Source: a bacterium | GTDB taxonomy: Bacteria > Omnitrophota > Gorgyraeia > Zapsychrales > Zapsychraceae | NCBI GenBank assembly: GCA_030429765.1 | Contig: JAUIER010000005.1 | Span: 3,175 to 67,174 of the forward strand | Direction: 5' to 3' | Length of the DNA stretch: 64,000 bases | In this document: piece after piece, positions 47,141 to 57,454 of the stretch | Position numbering within the stretch: the stretch's first letter is position 1 | Layout: every line of letters begins with the position of its first letter | Notes under the pieces: model-generated | The model's input: only the letters and a program-made list of their open reading frames with translations | Told to the model about the DNA's origin: nothing | Database searches by the model: none | Translations under genes and position numbers: made by a program

Positions 47141-47965
47141 TTATTTTATGGATTTATACTCGCCAATATGAGCGCATCTCTGGTTATCATAAGACGACGC
47201 CAAACTCGAGACTAAACGACACTTCTCACAGAGAAAATCAAATTCCCAAAACTTTGCCTCATCTCTGGTAGCGTATTCCGTAGCCCATGAATCACCGCAT
47301 AACGGACATCTTCTTCTTTTTTCACCCTCAATTCTGCCCCAATATCGCATCATGTAATAGTATGTGGGTATTTTAGTTTTCTTCTCAATTATGGAACACA
47401 ACTCCCGTCCTGTCGTTGAAAGCTCCGTAGTTGGATCGGCCAATTCTTTATATGCGGGAATTTCTAACTTTCCAGAACCTATCCAAATTCCATCATGTAA
47501 TCTGTACGAACGTATCCAGAAATGTATATCTTCAATTTCCTGATCATCCAATGGCAATAAATACAATGGAATTTTCTCTTTACGATTGAGTTTATAAACA
47601 CAATTTACATAGCCAAACATATCAGTATATAAAACCAAACCTTTTGAGGAACGCCAATTGGGAAATCTTTTTGGCACTCTATCATCAACAATCTTCCAAG
47701 TGGGATTCTTACCAAATATATCAAATATTTTTTCAATATATCCTAGGCACCATTGACTATGATATTTTTCTAATAACGAATCAGGTCTTGTTAAATTAAC
47801 GAACGATTGCACTTGCCCATTGGTGTAACACCATGAATATTGTGACCCTGCGATCTGCCCTCTACGCATTAGTTGTGTTTGATAGTCTACAACTAAATCG
47901 TTTATTTTCTCATCCGATATGTTTTTTTTCGGTTTTCCGAAGTTGATTTTTGCTGTTATGCACAT
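47141..47965 (-). CDS. DUF2310-like Zn-ribbon protein
   Basis: PTYYYM.RY....RRCPLCG..W......FDFLCEKCRLVS. Confidence 0.8.
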   Translation of the reverse strand: MCITAKINFGKPKKNISDEKINDLVVDYQTQLMRRGQIAGSQYSWCYTNGQVQSFVNLTRPDSLLEKYHSQWCLGYIEKIFDIFGKNPTWKIVDDRVPKRFPNWRSSKGLVLYTDMFGYVNCVYKLNRKEKIPLYLLPLDDQEIEDIHFWIRSYRLHDGIWIGSGKLEIPAYKELADPTTELSTTGRELCSIIEKKTKIPTYYYMMRYWGRIEGEKRRRCPLCGDSWATEYATRDEAKFWEFDFLCEKCRLVSSLASSYDNQRCAHIGEYKSIK

Positions 47966-48010
47966 TTTATTTACCTTACAACATATTACATATTAAGAAT
48001 CTAAACACTC

Positions 48011-48481
48011 CTAACTTAGGCTAATCTTGCCACTTTTCTCCAAATTCGAGATAGCCTTTAGTACGTTATTGCGATTCTTCGCCGACTTCACCCAATTAGG
48101 TAATCGGCTAACCATACTTCGGTTTGACCAACCATGGGAAAATCTCAGATTCTCCCGTAAGCTTGCTTCGACATAGGACTTTACCTTGAACATATGCTCA
48201 TAGTTAAAGAACCAAAGTGTTTTTCCGCAACAATTAACTTGAAGCCATAACAACTCACCAAAAAAGGGATCAACTGGTTTATAAGAAAACCCATATCCTG
48301 GACTGGACTTTAACTTATTCAAACCACAATGAGTACACACAAGTTTTCTATCGGAACTAATTTTGTGCAAATCAGCAGTCACAATCTGTGCCAATGCTGA
48401 ACATCGAGGACACTTAACCAAAATACGTGTCGTGTAGCTATATTTACTCAATCCATTGTCTTGAAATCTTTTTGGATACAT
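48011..48481 (-). CDS. hypothetical Zn-ribbon protein
   Basis: VKCPRC, CTHCG, DPFFG..LWLQ..CCG..LW..N..H. Confidence 0.65.
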   Translation of the reverse strand: MYPKRFQDNGLSKYSYTTRILVKCPRCSALAQIVTADLHKISSDRKLVCTHCGLNKLKSSPGYGFSYKPVDPFFGELLWLQVNCCGKTLWFFNYEHMFKVKSYVEASLRENLRFSHGWSNRSMVSRLPNWVKSAKNRNNVLKAISNLEKSGKISLS

Positions 48482-48483
48482 TA

Positions 48484-49221
48484 CTATAACCTACCTTCGG
48501 TATTTGTGATCTTCGTCCATTCTTCAGTAATATTATTATACAGCTCCTTCACCCAATCCGGTTGATCTAAACCTGCCGCTAATTGATTCTTTCGCGGATC
48601 GGTCGGGGCAATAATGACCTGCACATAAGATATCCCAACCCGTTCTGAAATGATGAACAGCTCTTCGATAGCCTGATCCCCCATAGCCAGACATCCAATC
48701 GAAACATCCCGTCCGTGAATGAATATGTCGGACCCGGGATTGTCGCGCCCTTCAATCTCCGCCCATTTGAGGTCAAATGCATTGGGATAATTTAACTTCA
48801 TTGACAAGTGAAAGGAGCTATTCGGATTCAGGCCCACAACCTTGTATATTCCTTCAGGAACCTGCAGGTCACCTTCCCTGAGCTTAGGCCCTAGGACACC
48901 ACTGCTGCCTTGAATATCGTATGACTTGATAAATGACCATCTGTCTTGGTCATACGCCCAAAGCTCCATCCGCCGCTCATCCTTCATCGCTATCATCGCC
49001 AGCCCCTCAGGGGGATAGTCCACCCCTCTATTGTTGAAATATGGCCTTATTCTTGCTTCGACGTTCACTCCAAATTCACTTACAACGTCGGAAACCGTCC
49101 TTCTACCTTTTGCCTTCATGTATGCTCCATACCAAATATCTTTACTCAACAAAACCAGCATTGCCAAGCCTACTATAAAAAACAGGAGAATTTTACTTTG
49201 AGCAGCAGTTTTAGTCTTCAT
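48484..49221 (-). CDS. L,D-transpeptidase family protein (YafK/DpaA-like)
   Basis: GPKLREGDLQVPEGIY, NSSFHLS..LNYPN, IFIHG..VSIGC. Confidence 0.9.
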   Translation of the reverse strand: MKTKTAAQSKILLFFIVGLAMLVLLSKDIWYGAYMKAKGRRTVSDVVSEFGVNVEARIRPYFNNRGVDYPPEGLAMIAMKDERRMELWAYDQDRWSFIKSYDIQGSSGVLGPKLREGDLQVPEGIYKVVGLNPNSSFHLSMKLNYPNAFDLKWAEIEGRDNPGSDIFIHGRDVSIGCLAMGDQAIEELFIISERVGISYVQVIIAPTDPRKNQLAAGLDQPDWVKELYNNITEEWTKITNTEGRL

Positions 49222-49442
49222 TTAATGGCCATATCCTCTAACGCGGAACCTTTACATCCATTCGAATTAATACGTTATTTGTTTTGACTTAATATATTTC
49301 CATTCCTGCTTCTATACGAGAACCTTGGAATAAAAAAACTCCCCCGTCAAATTGAATCATTTTCAGGGGGATTGATTTATTATAGGGGGATTATTATTTA
49401 CTGTCAAAAACGGTCTACCGTTGGAATAAACTTCAACAACAA

Positions 49443-49688
49443 CTAGGCTACATTATTCTCAAGTCCACTGAGAAAAACATGAACTTTTTCCTCTTTGGAG
49501 ACTCTTTTTACAAAAAATGGGACATTGCCAAACTGGGTTAAACCAGCTTTAAGGGCTTCTTTGTAGGACACATAAAAATTAACAATCTTCTCACCCTTAA
49601 TAAGAACAAACTCTCCCAAATGATTGGAAATAAAATCCTCTAGGTGATTCTGATATGTCTTATATTCTAACTCTAATTGATGTGCCAT
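49443..49688 (-). CDS. DUF5678-like small protein
   Basis: GEFVLIKGEKIV.......AL..G...FG..PFFVKRV. Confidence 0.6.
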   Translation of the reverse strand: MAHQLELEYKTYQNHLEDFISNHLGEFVLIKGEKIVNFYVSYKEALKAGLTQFGNVPFFVKRVSKEEKVHVFLSGLENNVA

Positions 49689-49718
49689 TTTTCTCTACGT
49701 GTTTAGGTTATTTTAACA

Positions 49719-50012
49719 TTAATACCTAATAAAGGAATAATATTCTGTATGGTAATCGTACCCCCTATCACCCCACAAAGTATTTCCGAAAAAAGGCATG
49801 ACCAAAACTCGCTTTAGATACCGTTCAAACTTTATGGCCTTGGCCCGGGATTCAAAGGTAATATACACCTCAATATCCCAGGGCGCATAAAGTTTGGAAT
49901 AGGTTGATTTGCGGGCGTTGTGGGCTTTCAGGCGTTTTTCTAAATTGATTGTATAACCAATATAGTATTTGGATAAAAATTTAGTACTTTTGAGGATGTA
50001 GACGTAATGCAT
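49719..50012 (-). pseudogene. GIY-YIG nuclease (UPF0213-like), frameshifted near the C-terminus
   Basis: YVYIL..YYIGYT.NL.KRL..HN...FERYLK; the family-like tail ASFGHAFFRKYF continues in the -1 frame after about 49812. Confidence 0.7.
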
Positions 50013-50061
50013 TTGGTATATTTAAGGGGAAGAGAGTATATAATGGGGGGATTATGATAAG

Positions 50062-50143
50062 TGTCCTACTACGCCAAATACTTTGTCGGACTGACGTCCT
50101 CCTTCGTGTTTGGCTTCGTAGAACATTCTACGAAGCTCAAACA
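50062..50143. repeat. REP-like alternating inverted repeats
   Basis: TGTCCTACTACGCCAAATAC (50062-50081), inverted GTGTTTGGCTTCGTAGAACA (50106-50125), TTCTACGAAGCTCAAACA (50126-50143). Confidence 0.6.
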
Positions 50144-50168
50144 ATTACAGAAATATGTCTATTTCGGT

Positions 50169-50237
50169 GATATGTCATGCCATAAAAAAAATACCGCGTT
50201 GAAGATTCGCGGTATTTTTTTTATGGCATGACATATC
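50169..50237. repeat. perfect palindrome with 30-bp arms
   Basis: GATATGTCATGCCATAAAAAAAATACCGCG-TTGAAGATT-exact reverse complement. Confidence 0.9.
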
Positions 50238-50240
50238 TGA

Positions 50241-50263
50241 TTTTTGGGCTTCGCCCAAAAAAA
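50241..50263 (-). terminator. short hairpin 3' of tRNA-Phe
   Basis: TTTTTGGGC-TTC-GCCCAAAAAAA. Confidence 0.5.
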
Positions 50264-50339
50264 TGGTGCCGAGAGACAGAATCGAACTGTCGACACAAGG
50301 CTTTTCAGGCCTCTGCTCTACCAACTGAGCTATCTCGGC
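50264..50339 (-). tRNA. tRNA-Phe (GAA)
   Basis: GCCGAGATAGCTCAGTTGGTAGAGCAGAGGCCTGAAAAGCCTTGTGTCGACAGTTCGATTCTGTCTCTCGGCACCA. Confidence 0.97.
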
Positions 50340-50461
50340 ACAAATGAAGTGATCATACTGTCGGGAAGCCGCGGTTTTGGGCTGAATGAGGCTTCAGCCC
50401 GGCGCTTCCTCTAAATTTGAAGCCCCATTGTAACCAACGGTCCAGGAAATGTCAATAGATT

Positions 50462-50881
50462 CTACGGGCTATCGATCATCGTTCCGGGCAGTCCGCCCAT
50501 GATCTTCACATACACATTTTGAGAGATCGAGATCTTGGGAAACATCATTTTACGCGACTTGACCCGCAGGGTCGTCTGATTCGGCCCCATCGGAATCACC
50601 GAAACCGTCACTCGGGTGCCGTTGACATCGGCCAGCACAATCTGGGAATCCTCGGACTTTTCGCGAATGGTCCCCATAATCTCCAAGACCTCCAGGGACT
50701 GTTCCCAAACGGTCTGCCCATCGTGCAGCGTGCTTCCCTCGACCGTGTCCGGACTCACCACATAACCACCCAGCGCCCCGATACTGCCGACAACCAGATA
50801 GACACATCCGCTCAACGAGATCAGGACCGGCAGCATTAAAATTTTTTTAAATACCGAAAACATACCTTGGTGAGTGCTCAA
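50462..50881 (-). CDS. lipoprotein (DUF3568-like)
   Basis: LSGC lipobox followed by a Gly-rich hydrophobic segment. Confidence 0.65.
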   Translation of the reverse strand: MSTHQGMFSVFKKILMLPVLISLSGCVYLVVGSIGALGGYVVSPDTVEGSTLHDGQTVWEQSLEVLEIMGTIREKSEDSQIVLADVNGTRVTVSVIPMGPNQTTLRVKSRKMMFPKISISQNVYVKIMGGLPGTMIDSP

Positions 50882-50899
50882 TGAATCGTCCCCCTCTTT

Positions 50900-52429
50900 T
50901 TACTCATGTTCATGCTCTAAATCTTCAAGTTCTTTTTTCCACGGATACATCGCCACAAACAGCGATCCGATCATCACGACAACCAGCCACACCGGCCCGA
51001 TCAATAGCAACGGCGCCATATCGTAGCCTTCGTAACGGCTGCTGATCTCCTTGATAAACGCGTTGACCAACAGGAATGTCAGAATGGCGGGCGTGATATA
51101 CATCACACAGGCGTCCCAGAACTTGACCAGCGAATCCGGGGCGACCTTGTTGATATGCTGGCGCAACTTGCCGGCCCTGTAGATCCATCCGACGATGATA
51201 CACTGTAATATACCGATAATCACCAGCCCATAATGTGTAATGAAATGGTCCGCGATATCCAGCCAATACAGGCCGCTCTTGGCCGAGAAAATGATACTGC
51301 CGAAAAATCCCGTGGCGCAGACAAAGGTGACAACGCCTTTACGGGTATAGTTGAATTTATCAATGATCGCCGAGCTGAAGGCCTCGACAATCGAAATGGC
51401 GCTCGATATCCCCGCGATGACCAGGCTGGAAAAGAAAATCACACCGAACGTCTTGGCAAAGGCCGGCATCAGACTGATGGCCTGCGGATACGAAACAAAG
51501 GCCAGCCCAATCGATTTGGACACCACTTCGGACACTTCCTTGTTTTGGGCCATGGCCATGTAACCAAGCGTCCCGAATACGGCAAAGCCTGAAATAAATG
51601 AAAAGATGCAGTTCCCGACGCTGATGATCAACGCGTCCTTGACAATATTGACCTTACGCGGCAGGTACGACGCGTACGCGATCATGATGCCGAATCCCAA
51701 CGACAGCGTAAAAAAGATCTGCGAGAACGCGTCGATCCAGACCTTCTTCTCTGATAACTTACTGAAATCGGGTTTCAGATACACCGCGATCCCCTTGGCC
51801 GCCCCCTCGAGGCTGACACTCCATAAGACGAGGATCAGGATCAAACCCAGCAACAACGGCATAAAAATCTTGTTGGCGCGCTCCACGCCCTTTTGAATCC
51901 CGAAGTAGACGATCAGCCAGCACAAAAACCAGACCAATGAAAGTGAAAGCAGAATCGGCAAACGGATGTCGCCAAGTTCAAACGGTTTACTGCTGAGCTG
52001 AAGAAATTCATTGTAAAAATAATTGTTGGGGTCCGCGCCCCAGGCCAACGTGAAGGAATGATAGACGTAGTTAACACACCAGGCAATCACCGTCGAGTAA
52101 TACAGCATGATGCCGTACATCACCAACAGCACCGACCACCAGCCAACCCATTCCCAGCTGCGGCTGACCTTGGCAAAGGACATTGGTGAAGATCCGCGCA
52201 TGCGGTGTCCGATCCCCAACTCCAGGATCATCAAGGGAATCCCGACGACAACCAACGCCACCAGATAGGGGATTAAAAACGCGCCGCCGCCATTGTCATA
52301 CACCAGATATGAAAAACGCCAGATGTTTCCCAGACCGACCGCCGAACCGATGGCCGCGAGAATAAAACCCAATCGGGACTTCCATTGCGGACGCGGGTGA
52401 TGGGCCTCACCCAGACGAGATTGACTCAT
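50900..52429 (-). CDS. sodium-dependent transporter, NSS/SNF family
   Basis: WKSRLGFILAAIGSAVGLGNIWRF..NGGGAFLIPY; QIFFTLSLGFG. Confidence 0.96.
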   Translation of the reverse strand: MSQSRLGEAHHPRPQWKSRLGFILAAIGSAVGLGNIWRFSYLVYDNGGGAFLIPYLVALVVVGIPLMILELGIGHRMRGSSPMSFAKVSRSWEWVGWWSVLLVMYGIMLYYSTVIAWCVNYVYHSFTLAWGADPNNYFYNEFLQLSSKPFELGDIRLPILLSLSLVWFLCWLIVYFGIQKGVERANKIFMPLLLGLILILVLWSVSLEGAAKGIAVYLKPDFSKLSEKKVWIDAFSQIFFTLSLGFGIMIAYASYLPRKVNIVKDALIISVGNCIFSFISGFAVFGTLGYMAMAQNKEVSEVVSKSIGLAFVSYPQAISLMPAFAKTFGVIFFSSLVIAGISSAISIVEAFSSAIIDKFNYTRKGVVTFVCATGFFGSIIFSAKSGLYWLDIADHFITHYGLVIIGILQCIIVGWIYRAGKLRQHINKVAPDSLVKFWDACVMYITPAILTFLLVNAFIKEISSRYEGYDMAPLLLIGPVWLVVVMIGSLFVAMYPWKKELEDLEHEHE

Positions 52430-52546
52430 AAAAGGCTCCTCAAGAGTGTTTAAAACCGCCAGATTGGCTTAAAATCGAGTGGTTTTATTGTACAGAGGAT
52501 TGCCGATTTTGTCGATTGAATTTGCAAAAAAATTAGGCAGATTCGC

Positions 52547-54652
52547 CTATTTGATGATGTGAACGACCGTGTTTTGCAGGATAAAGGCGGCAAATACGAT
52601 CGAGACCATGGACATCAGCTTGATCAGGATGTTGATGCTTGGTCCGGCGGTGTCTTTGAACGGATCACCCACGGTATCCCCGACCACACTGGCCTTGTGC
52701 GCGCGGGAGCCTTTACCGTCGTGATGCCCTTCTTCGATATATTTCTTGGCGTTATCCCAGGCGCCGCCGGAATTGGCCATCATGATCGCCAACAGGAATC
52801 CCGAGGCCGTCGCGCCGATGAGCAAACCGCCGACGCTGTTGATACCAAACAATACACCAATCAAGACCGGTGTGACCATCGCGATGATGGCCGGCAAGCG
52901 CATTTCCTGCAGCGCGGCCGTGGTCACGATATCCACACAGCGCGCGTAGTCCGGACGGGTCTTACCTTCCATAATGCCATCGATCTCTTTGAACTGACGC
53001 CGGACCTCAACAACGACTTTACTGCCCGCGCGTCCGACCGCGCTCATCGTCAACGATGAAAACACATACGGCATCATGGTCCCGATAAACAATCCTACGA
53101 GGACCAATGGATCCATCAGATTCAGCATCATCGATCCGCCTTCGAGGACGACCTTTTCTTTGAAGGCCGCGATCAGGGCCAACGCGGTCAACGCCGCTGA
53201 TCCGATCGCGAATCCCTTGCCCGTCGCTGCCGTGGTATTTCCCAAAGAATCCAGCGCATCCGTGCGTTCCCGAACCTTGGGATCCAGGCCGGCCATTTGG
53301 GCGTTTCCACCGGCATTATCCGCCACCGGTCCGTAGGCGTCCGTGGCCAGGGTAATGCCCAATGTGCTAAGCATTCCGACCGCGGCAATACCGATGCCGT
53401 ACAATCCTAAACTGAAGTTTGAAAATCCGCCGGCAAAAGAAAACGCCGCAATCGTCGCGATACTGACAATGATCATCGGATAGGCCGTGGAGAACATCCC
53501 GACCGCGATCCCTTCGATAATCAGGGTGGCGGATCCGGTTACGGCCGTACCGGCAATCTTTTTGGTTGGTTGATAGTGTGATGACGTGTAGTACTCGGTA
53601 CAAAGCCCGATCAGAATACCGGCGATCAATCCTGTAATCACGGAATACGCGATACCCATGTATTCCGCTCCCAAAACGAAACGGATCAGGACAAATGCCG
53701 CTACCACGACAATAATAGATGAGATAATGATGCCTTTTCGCAAGGCCATCAGAAGTGTTTTTTGGGTGGCATCTTCGGTGGTCTGAACAAATTTCATCCC
53801 GATGATCGACGCGATGATCCCGACCGCGGCCATGATCATCGGAATCGTGACACCATTCACGCCCAGCCCGGCCGCCACACCCAACGCGCCGGTCGCGACA
53901 ATCGATCCGACATAGGATTCGTACAGGTCCGCGCCCATTCCGGCCACGTCCCCGACATTGTCCCCGACGTTGTCCGCGATAACCGCCGGATTGCGTGGGT
54001 CGTCCTCCGGGATACCGGCCTCGACTTTTCCGACGAGGTCAGCCCCGACGTCAGCGGCTTTGGTAAAGATCCCTCCGCCCACGCGGGCGAACAGGGCCTG
54101 AAAACTGGCGCCCATCCCAAAGGTGAGCATGGTGCTGGTGATCGCTGTGATACGATCCATCCCTTCCGGCAAGGCGTGACCGGCAAAATACCAGTCCAGA
54201 CTGTAAAACCAGACGCTCAAGTCCAGCAATCCCAAACCGACAACGATGAATCCCATAACCGCGCCGGATGAAAATGCCAGACGCAATCCGGCGTTCAATG
54301 ATGTTTGGCAGGCATTGGCCGTGCGGGCACTGGCCAGTGTCGCGATCTTCATCCCGCAGAACCCGGCCAGACCGGAAAAGAATCCGCCGGTCAGAAACGC
54401 GAACGGAACAAAGATCACCAGATATTTCTTAAAGGCGAGAAACAACAGCAATCCGAAGATGATGACAAAAAACACGCCCGATACTCGGTACTGACGTTTC
54501 AGGTACGCGGCCGCCCCTTCACGGACAGCGGTCGCGATCTCCACCATCTTGGCGTTACCTTCGTCATGTCGTAAAATTTTTGTTGTTAAGGTCAGCGCGA
54601 ACGCCAATGCGATGATCGAACAGATAGGAACCAAAACAAAAAAATTTAACAT
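52547..54652 (-). CDS. hppA: membrane-bound K+-dependent (probably Na+-translocating) pyrophosphatase
   Basis: [46 protein letters not shown] (Ala indicates K+ dependence), [11 protein letters not shown]. Confidence 0.97.
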   Translation of the reverse strand: MLNFFVLVPICSIIALAFALTLTTKILRHDEGNAKMVEIATAVREGAAAYLKRQYRVSGVFFVIIFGLLLFLAFKKYLVIFVPFAFLTGGFFSGLAGFCGMKIATLASARTANACQTSLNAGLRLAFSSGAVMGFIVVGLGLLDLSVWFYSLDWYFAGHALPEGMDRITAITSTMLTFGMGASFQALFARVGGGIFTKAADVGADLVGKVEAGIPEDDPRNPAVIADNVGDNVGDVAGMGADLYESYVGSIVATGALGVAAGLGVNGVTIPMIMAAVGIIASIIGMKFVQTTEDATQKTLLMALRKGIIISSIIVVVAAFVLIRFVLGAEYMGIAYSVITGLIAGILIGLCTEYYTSSHYQPTKKIAGTAVTGSATLIIEGIAVGMFSTAYPMIIVSIATIAAFSFAGGFSNFSLGLYGIGIAAVGMLSTLGITLATDAYGPVADNAGGNAQMAGLDPKVRERTDALDSLGNTTAATGKGFAIGSAALTALALIAAFKEKVVLEGGSMMLNLMDPLVLVGLFIGTMMPYVFSSLTMSAVGRAGSKVVVEVRRQFKEIDGIMEGKTRPDYARCVDIVTTAALQEMRLPAIIAMVTPVLIGVLFGINSVGGLLIGATASGFLLAIMMANSGGAWDNAKKYIEEGHHDGKGSRAHKASVVGDTVGDPFKDTAGPSINILIKLMSMVSIVFAAFILQNTVVHIIK

Positions 54653-54734
54653 GAACTCTCCTTTTGATTAAACGATATCCCAAACGGCGGCGTTAATCGC
54701 ACCGCCCATTTCAACGAGACATATCCCGTCCGAT

Positions 54735-54815
54735 TTAACCCTTGTTCGGTTTGACACCGTGATTGGCTTTCTTGGATCGCCAGTTGAGTTTACCTCTACG
54801 CTTTTTCTTACTCAT
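54735..54815 (-). CDS. 26-aa basic protein, ribosomal protein bL37-like
   Basis: MSKKKRRGKLNWRSKKANHGVKPNKG with a GAGGG RBS; the KANHG.[KR]PN motif matches bL37; below the ORF-track size cut-off. Confidence 0.75.
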   Translation of the reverse strand: MSKKKRRGKLNWRSKKANHGVKPNKG

Positions 54816-54920
54816 AATCATACCCTCGTTTGTTGAATTATTTCATAAAATTTGCAGTATTTTGACTTATAGTTATACAGGATAACCTGTGGCCGTTCAA
54901 GTTTTTTTTAAGATCGTAAG

Positions 54921-55568
54921 TCAAAGCCTGTCAATTATTTCAGTCATATCGGTCATGGACGAGACAATCGCGAACGGCTGGTCGGACACGATCTCCTCAT
55001 GGGTATTCGATCCGGTCGTCACCGCCACGGTCCGGATATTCGCCCGGTTTCCGGCCTGCACGTCGATCGCCATATCGCCGATGTACAGCGCCTCATGCGG
55101 CTGGATCGCGAAGCTCTGGATGACGAAATCCAGCATGTCCGGCGCCGGCTTGGGCTCGGCGACCTTGTCGGCGCTGATCACACAGTCAAAATGGTTGATA
55201 TAGTTGAGCTGCTTGAGAATGATATGGGTAAAGCGCGACGGCCGGTTGGTCGCCACGGCGATACGGATCCCTCTGGACTTGAGCTCCTTGAGCAATTCCT
55301 TGGCCCCGGGCAAAAACCGAACGCCCGATTTGAGCGCGAAACGGTGATGCCGCCGGAACACCGATAGCGTCTTATCCACGTCTTCGGGCCGGACAAACTT
55401 GGAGATCAGGGCCCGCTCACCGCCGCCGACATTGCGTTTAACCGTGTCCATCGTCACCTGATCATAGCCGATCGCGTCGAAGGCGTGATTCATGCTCTCG
55501 GTCACCGCCTCGTACGCATCAATCAATGTCCCGTCCAGGTCAAAGATAACGGCCTTAAGACTGTTCAT
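54921..55568 (-). CDS. gph: HAD-family phosphatase (phosphoglycolate phosphatase-like)
   Basis: FDLDGTLID, ATNR, KPAPD, IGDMAIDV. Confidence 0.85.
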   Translation of the reverse strand: MNSLKAVIFDLDGTLIDAYEAVTESMNHAFDAIGYDQVTMDTVKRNVGGGERALISKFVRPEDVDKTLSVFRRHHRFALKSGVRFLPGAKELLKELKSRGIRIAVATNRPSRFTHIILKQLNYINHFDCVISADKVAEPKPAPDMLDFVIQSFAIQPHEALYIGDMAIDVQAGNRANIRTVAVTTGSNTHEEIVSDQPFAIVSSMTDMTEIIDRL

Positions 55569-56229
55569 CTTCCAAATCCTTAGGCTTGGGCGTCATGCCG
55601 ACCTGCTGCTGCGGATTGACCACCCCGCCCGATACGATGAATTTAAAGGCCGCTTCAATACTCATATCCAGCACCGTGATATCCTTGCGCGGGACGATAA
55701 TCGTAAATCCCGTCAGCGGGCTTGGCGAGGTGGAGATAAAGACATTGGCCATTTCCTTGTTGATCTTGTCCGTCACTTCGGCCGGGGCCTCATTGGTCAG
55801 AAACCCGAGCGAATAAATCCCCTTTCGCGGATACTCCACCATCACCACCTGTTTGAACGACGCCACGCGGTCGCGTGAAAACAAGAAGATCGATATTTCC
55901 TTGAAGGCCGGATACAGCTGACGGAAAAACGGGAGTTTGACCAGGATCTGTTCAAAGATTTCATAGATCTTCCGTCCCAGGAAATTACGCGCCAGTACCC
56001 CGATGAGGATGATCAGATAGACCAGAACGAGGATGCACAAAAAGTGAAACAGAAACCGGTGAATCCCCTCAAAATAAAATCCGTATTTTTCAAGAATGAT
56101 CGGTTCCAGAAACCGCGCGATCCGGGCGTCCAGAAAGTTGAGCGCCAGAAAGAAGATGTAAATGGTCAACGCCGCCGGCAGAAAGATCACCAGTCCGGAC
56201 AGAAAATAATTTCTCAGTTTTTGCCACAT
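55555..56229 (-). CDS. DUF502 membrane protein
   Basis: FLSGL...P, VVMVEYPRKG.Y.LGF.T, VF.....P.TG, FIVSGG. Confidence 0.88.
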   Translation of the reverse strand: MWQKLRNYFLSGLVIFLPAALTIYIFFLALNFLDARIARFLEPIILEKYGFYFEGIHRFLFHFLCILVLVYLIILIGVLARNFLGRKIYEIFEQILVKLPFFRQLYPAFKEISIFLFSRDRVASFKQVVMVEYPRKGIYSLGFLTNEAPAEVTDKINKEMANVFISTSPSPLTGFTIIVPRKDITVLDMSIEAAFKFIVSGGVVNPQQQVGMTPKPKDLEDEQS

Positions 56230-56244
56230 ATCAAACTCCTTCGA

Positions 56245-57240
56245 CTACCGTAACCAATAAAGGATTGTCGTGCCGGCCAGCCAGACCCCCAACATTGTCC
56301 AGGTGTCCCAGGCCAATCCGCCAAATATCCGCTTGCCTTTGGTTTGTATTCCCTTCACCGCAATAACGACGAGCAGAATACTTATAATCGCTGTCAGAAT
56401 GTGAGTATTGGTGACGTCCATCAACACCGGTCCTTCAGGGTTAAAAAACGTACATACCACGATGATCAGCAGGTTGGTCATATTGCTGCCGAAAATATTA
56501 CCAACGGCCAGGTCGAACGATCCCATCTTCATCGCTGACAGCGTCACGACCACTTCCGGCAACGATGTGACGATCGCCAAAAAGATACTGCCGACGAATG
56601 TCCGGCCCAATCCGGTGCTCTCGGCGATCATATCAGCGGCGCGGGCGAGCACCATCGCAGACCCCACCACAACGATCGCTCCAAGAAAAATGTGAATCAG
56701 CGTGCCGAGGACCGTGCCCTTGACCGGTTCCTGAGGCTCCTCGAGCTGGGGTATCGCCCTGACCTCGGCGGCGCTCAGGTCCGCGATCCGGCGCATTCCA
56801 AAAATGTACAATCCGACAATCATCACGCCGCCCGGACTAAACACACCGGCACTGACGTGATCATTGAACGCGATCTCCAGGATCGCCACAACGGTCATCA
56901 CCACGGCCATTCCAGCCGAGTAGAGCAACGATCCGCGCGGGATCACATCATTGGTCACCGACCCCCGTCGGTATACCATGTCCATCAGCACGATCAGCAG
57001 CGGATTAAAATTGTTGCTGCCCAGCAGATTTCCCACCGCCAGATCGTCCGCCCCGAGTGATTTGACCGCCACGATACAGGTGATCGCCTCGGGCAAAGAC
57101 GTGATAAATCCCAACAGGACCACACCCACCACCGCCTTGCCCAAATTAAGCTGAGCGCTCAACCGATCCGCGTAATGGGTCACATGGATCCCCGCGACGA
57201 TAATGACCACACTGCTAACTAAGAACTGAAGCCAATACAT
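56245..57240 (-). CDS. Na+/Ca2+ exchanger family protein
   Basis: Two alpha repeats, each TSLPE plus GN..GSN. Confidence 0.92.
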   Translation of the reverse strand: MYWLQFLVSSVVIIVAGIHVTHYADRLSAQLNLGKAVVGVVLLGFITSLPEAITCIVAVKSLGADDLAVGNLLGSNNFNPLLIVLMDMVYRRGSVTNDVIPRGSLLYSAGMAVVMTVVAILEIAFNDHVSAGVFSPGGVMIVGLYIFGMRRIADLSAAEVRAIPQLEEPQEPVKGTVLGTLIHIFLGAIVVVGSAMVLARAADMIAESTGLGRTFVGSIFLAIVTSLPEVVVTLSAMKMGSFDLAVGNIFGSNMTNLLIIVVCTFFNPEGPVLMDVTNTHILTAIISILLVVIAVKGIQTKGKRIFGGLAWDTWTMLGVWLAGTTILYWLR

Positions 57241-57265
57241 GAATTCGCCAACTCCGTTCCGAAGG

Positions 57266-57454
57266 TTATTTCTTCAGCGAATAAAGCAGAAGCAGACCGC
57301 TTCCGGCCAAGATAAAGCCGATGGTTCCGCGGAACAGAATCACGATTTCATCCGACCAGGCCAGGATCAGCGTGATCCCCAGAACGATAATGAAGCATCC
57401 GATCACAAATTTGGCCAGCGTTTTTGTCGATGTTGATTGTTTGGGTGTTGTCAT
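57266..57454 (-). CDS. small two-TM protein
   Basis: ATGA overlap with the lpxL stop; two hydrophobic helices. Confidence 0.6.
   Translation of the reverse strand: MTTPKQSTSTKTLAKFVIGCFIIVLGITLILAWSDEIVILFRGTIGFILAGSGLLLLYSLKK

Noticed and set aside
46700-49700. Integron cassette array
   Set aside because: No convincing RYYYAAC...GTTRRRY attC structures seen between the small genes, and no IntI
52559-54574. Several plus-strand ORFs up to 169 aa opposite hppA
   Set aside because: Antisense shadows caused by GC-rich codon bias
50900-57240. Dedicated sodium-bioenergetics system (NSS, Na+-PPase, Na/Ca exchanger)
   Set aside because: All are ordinary, well-known families; clustering alone is not evidence of a new system
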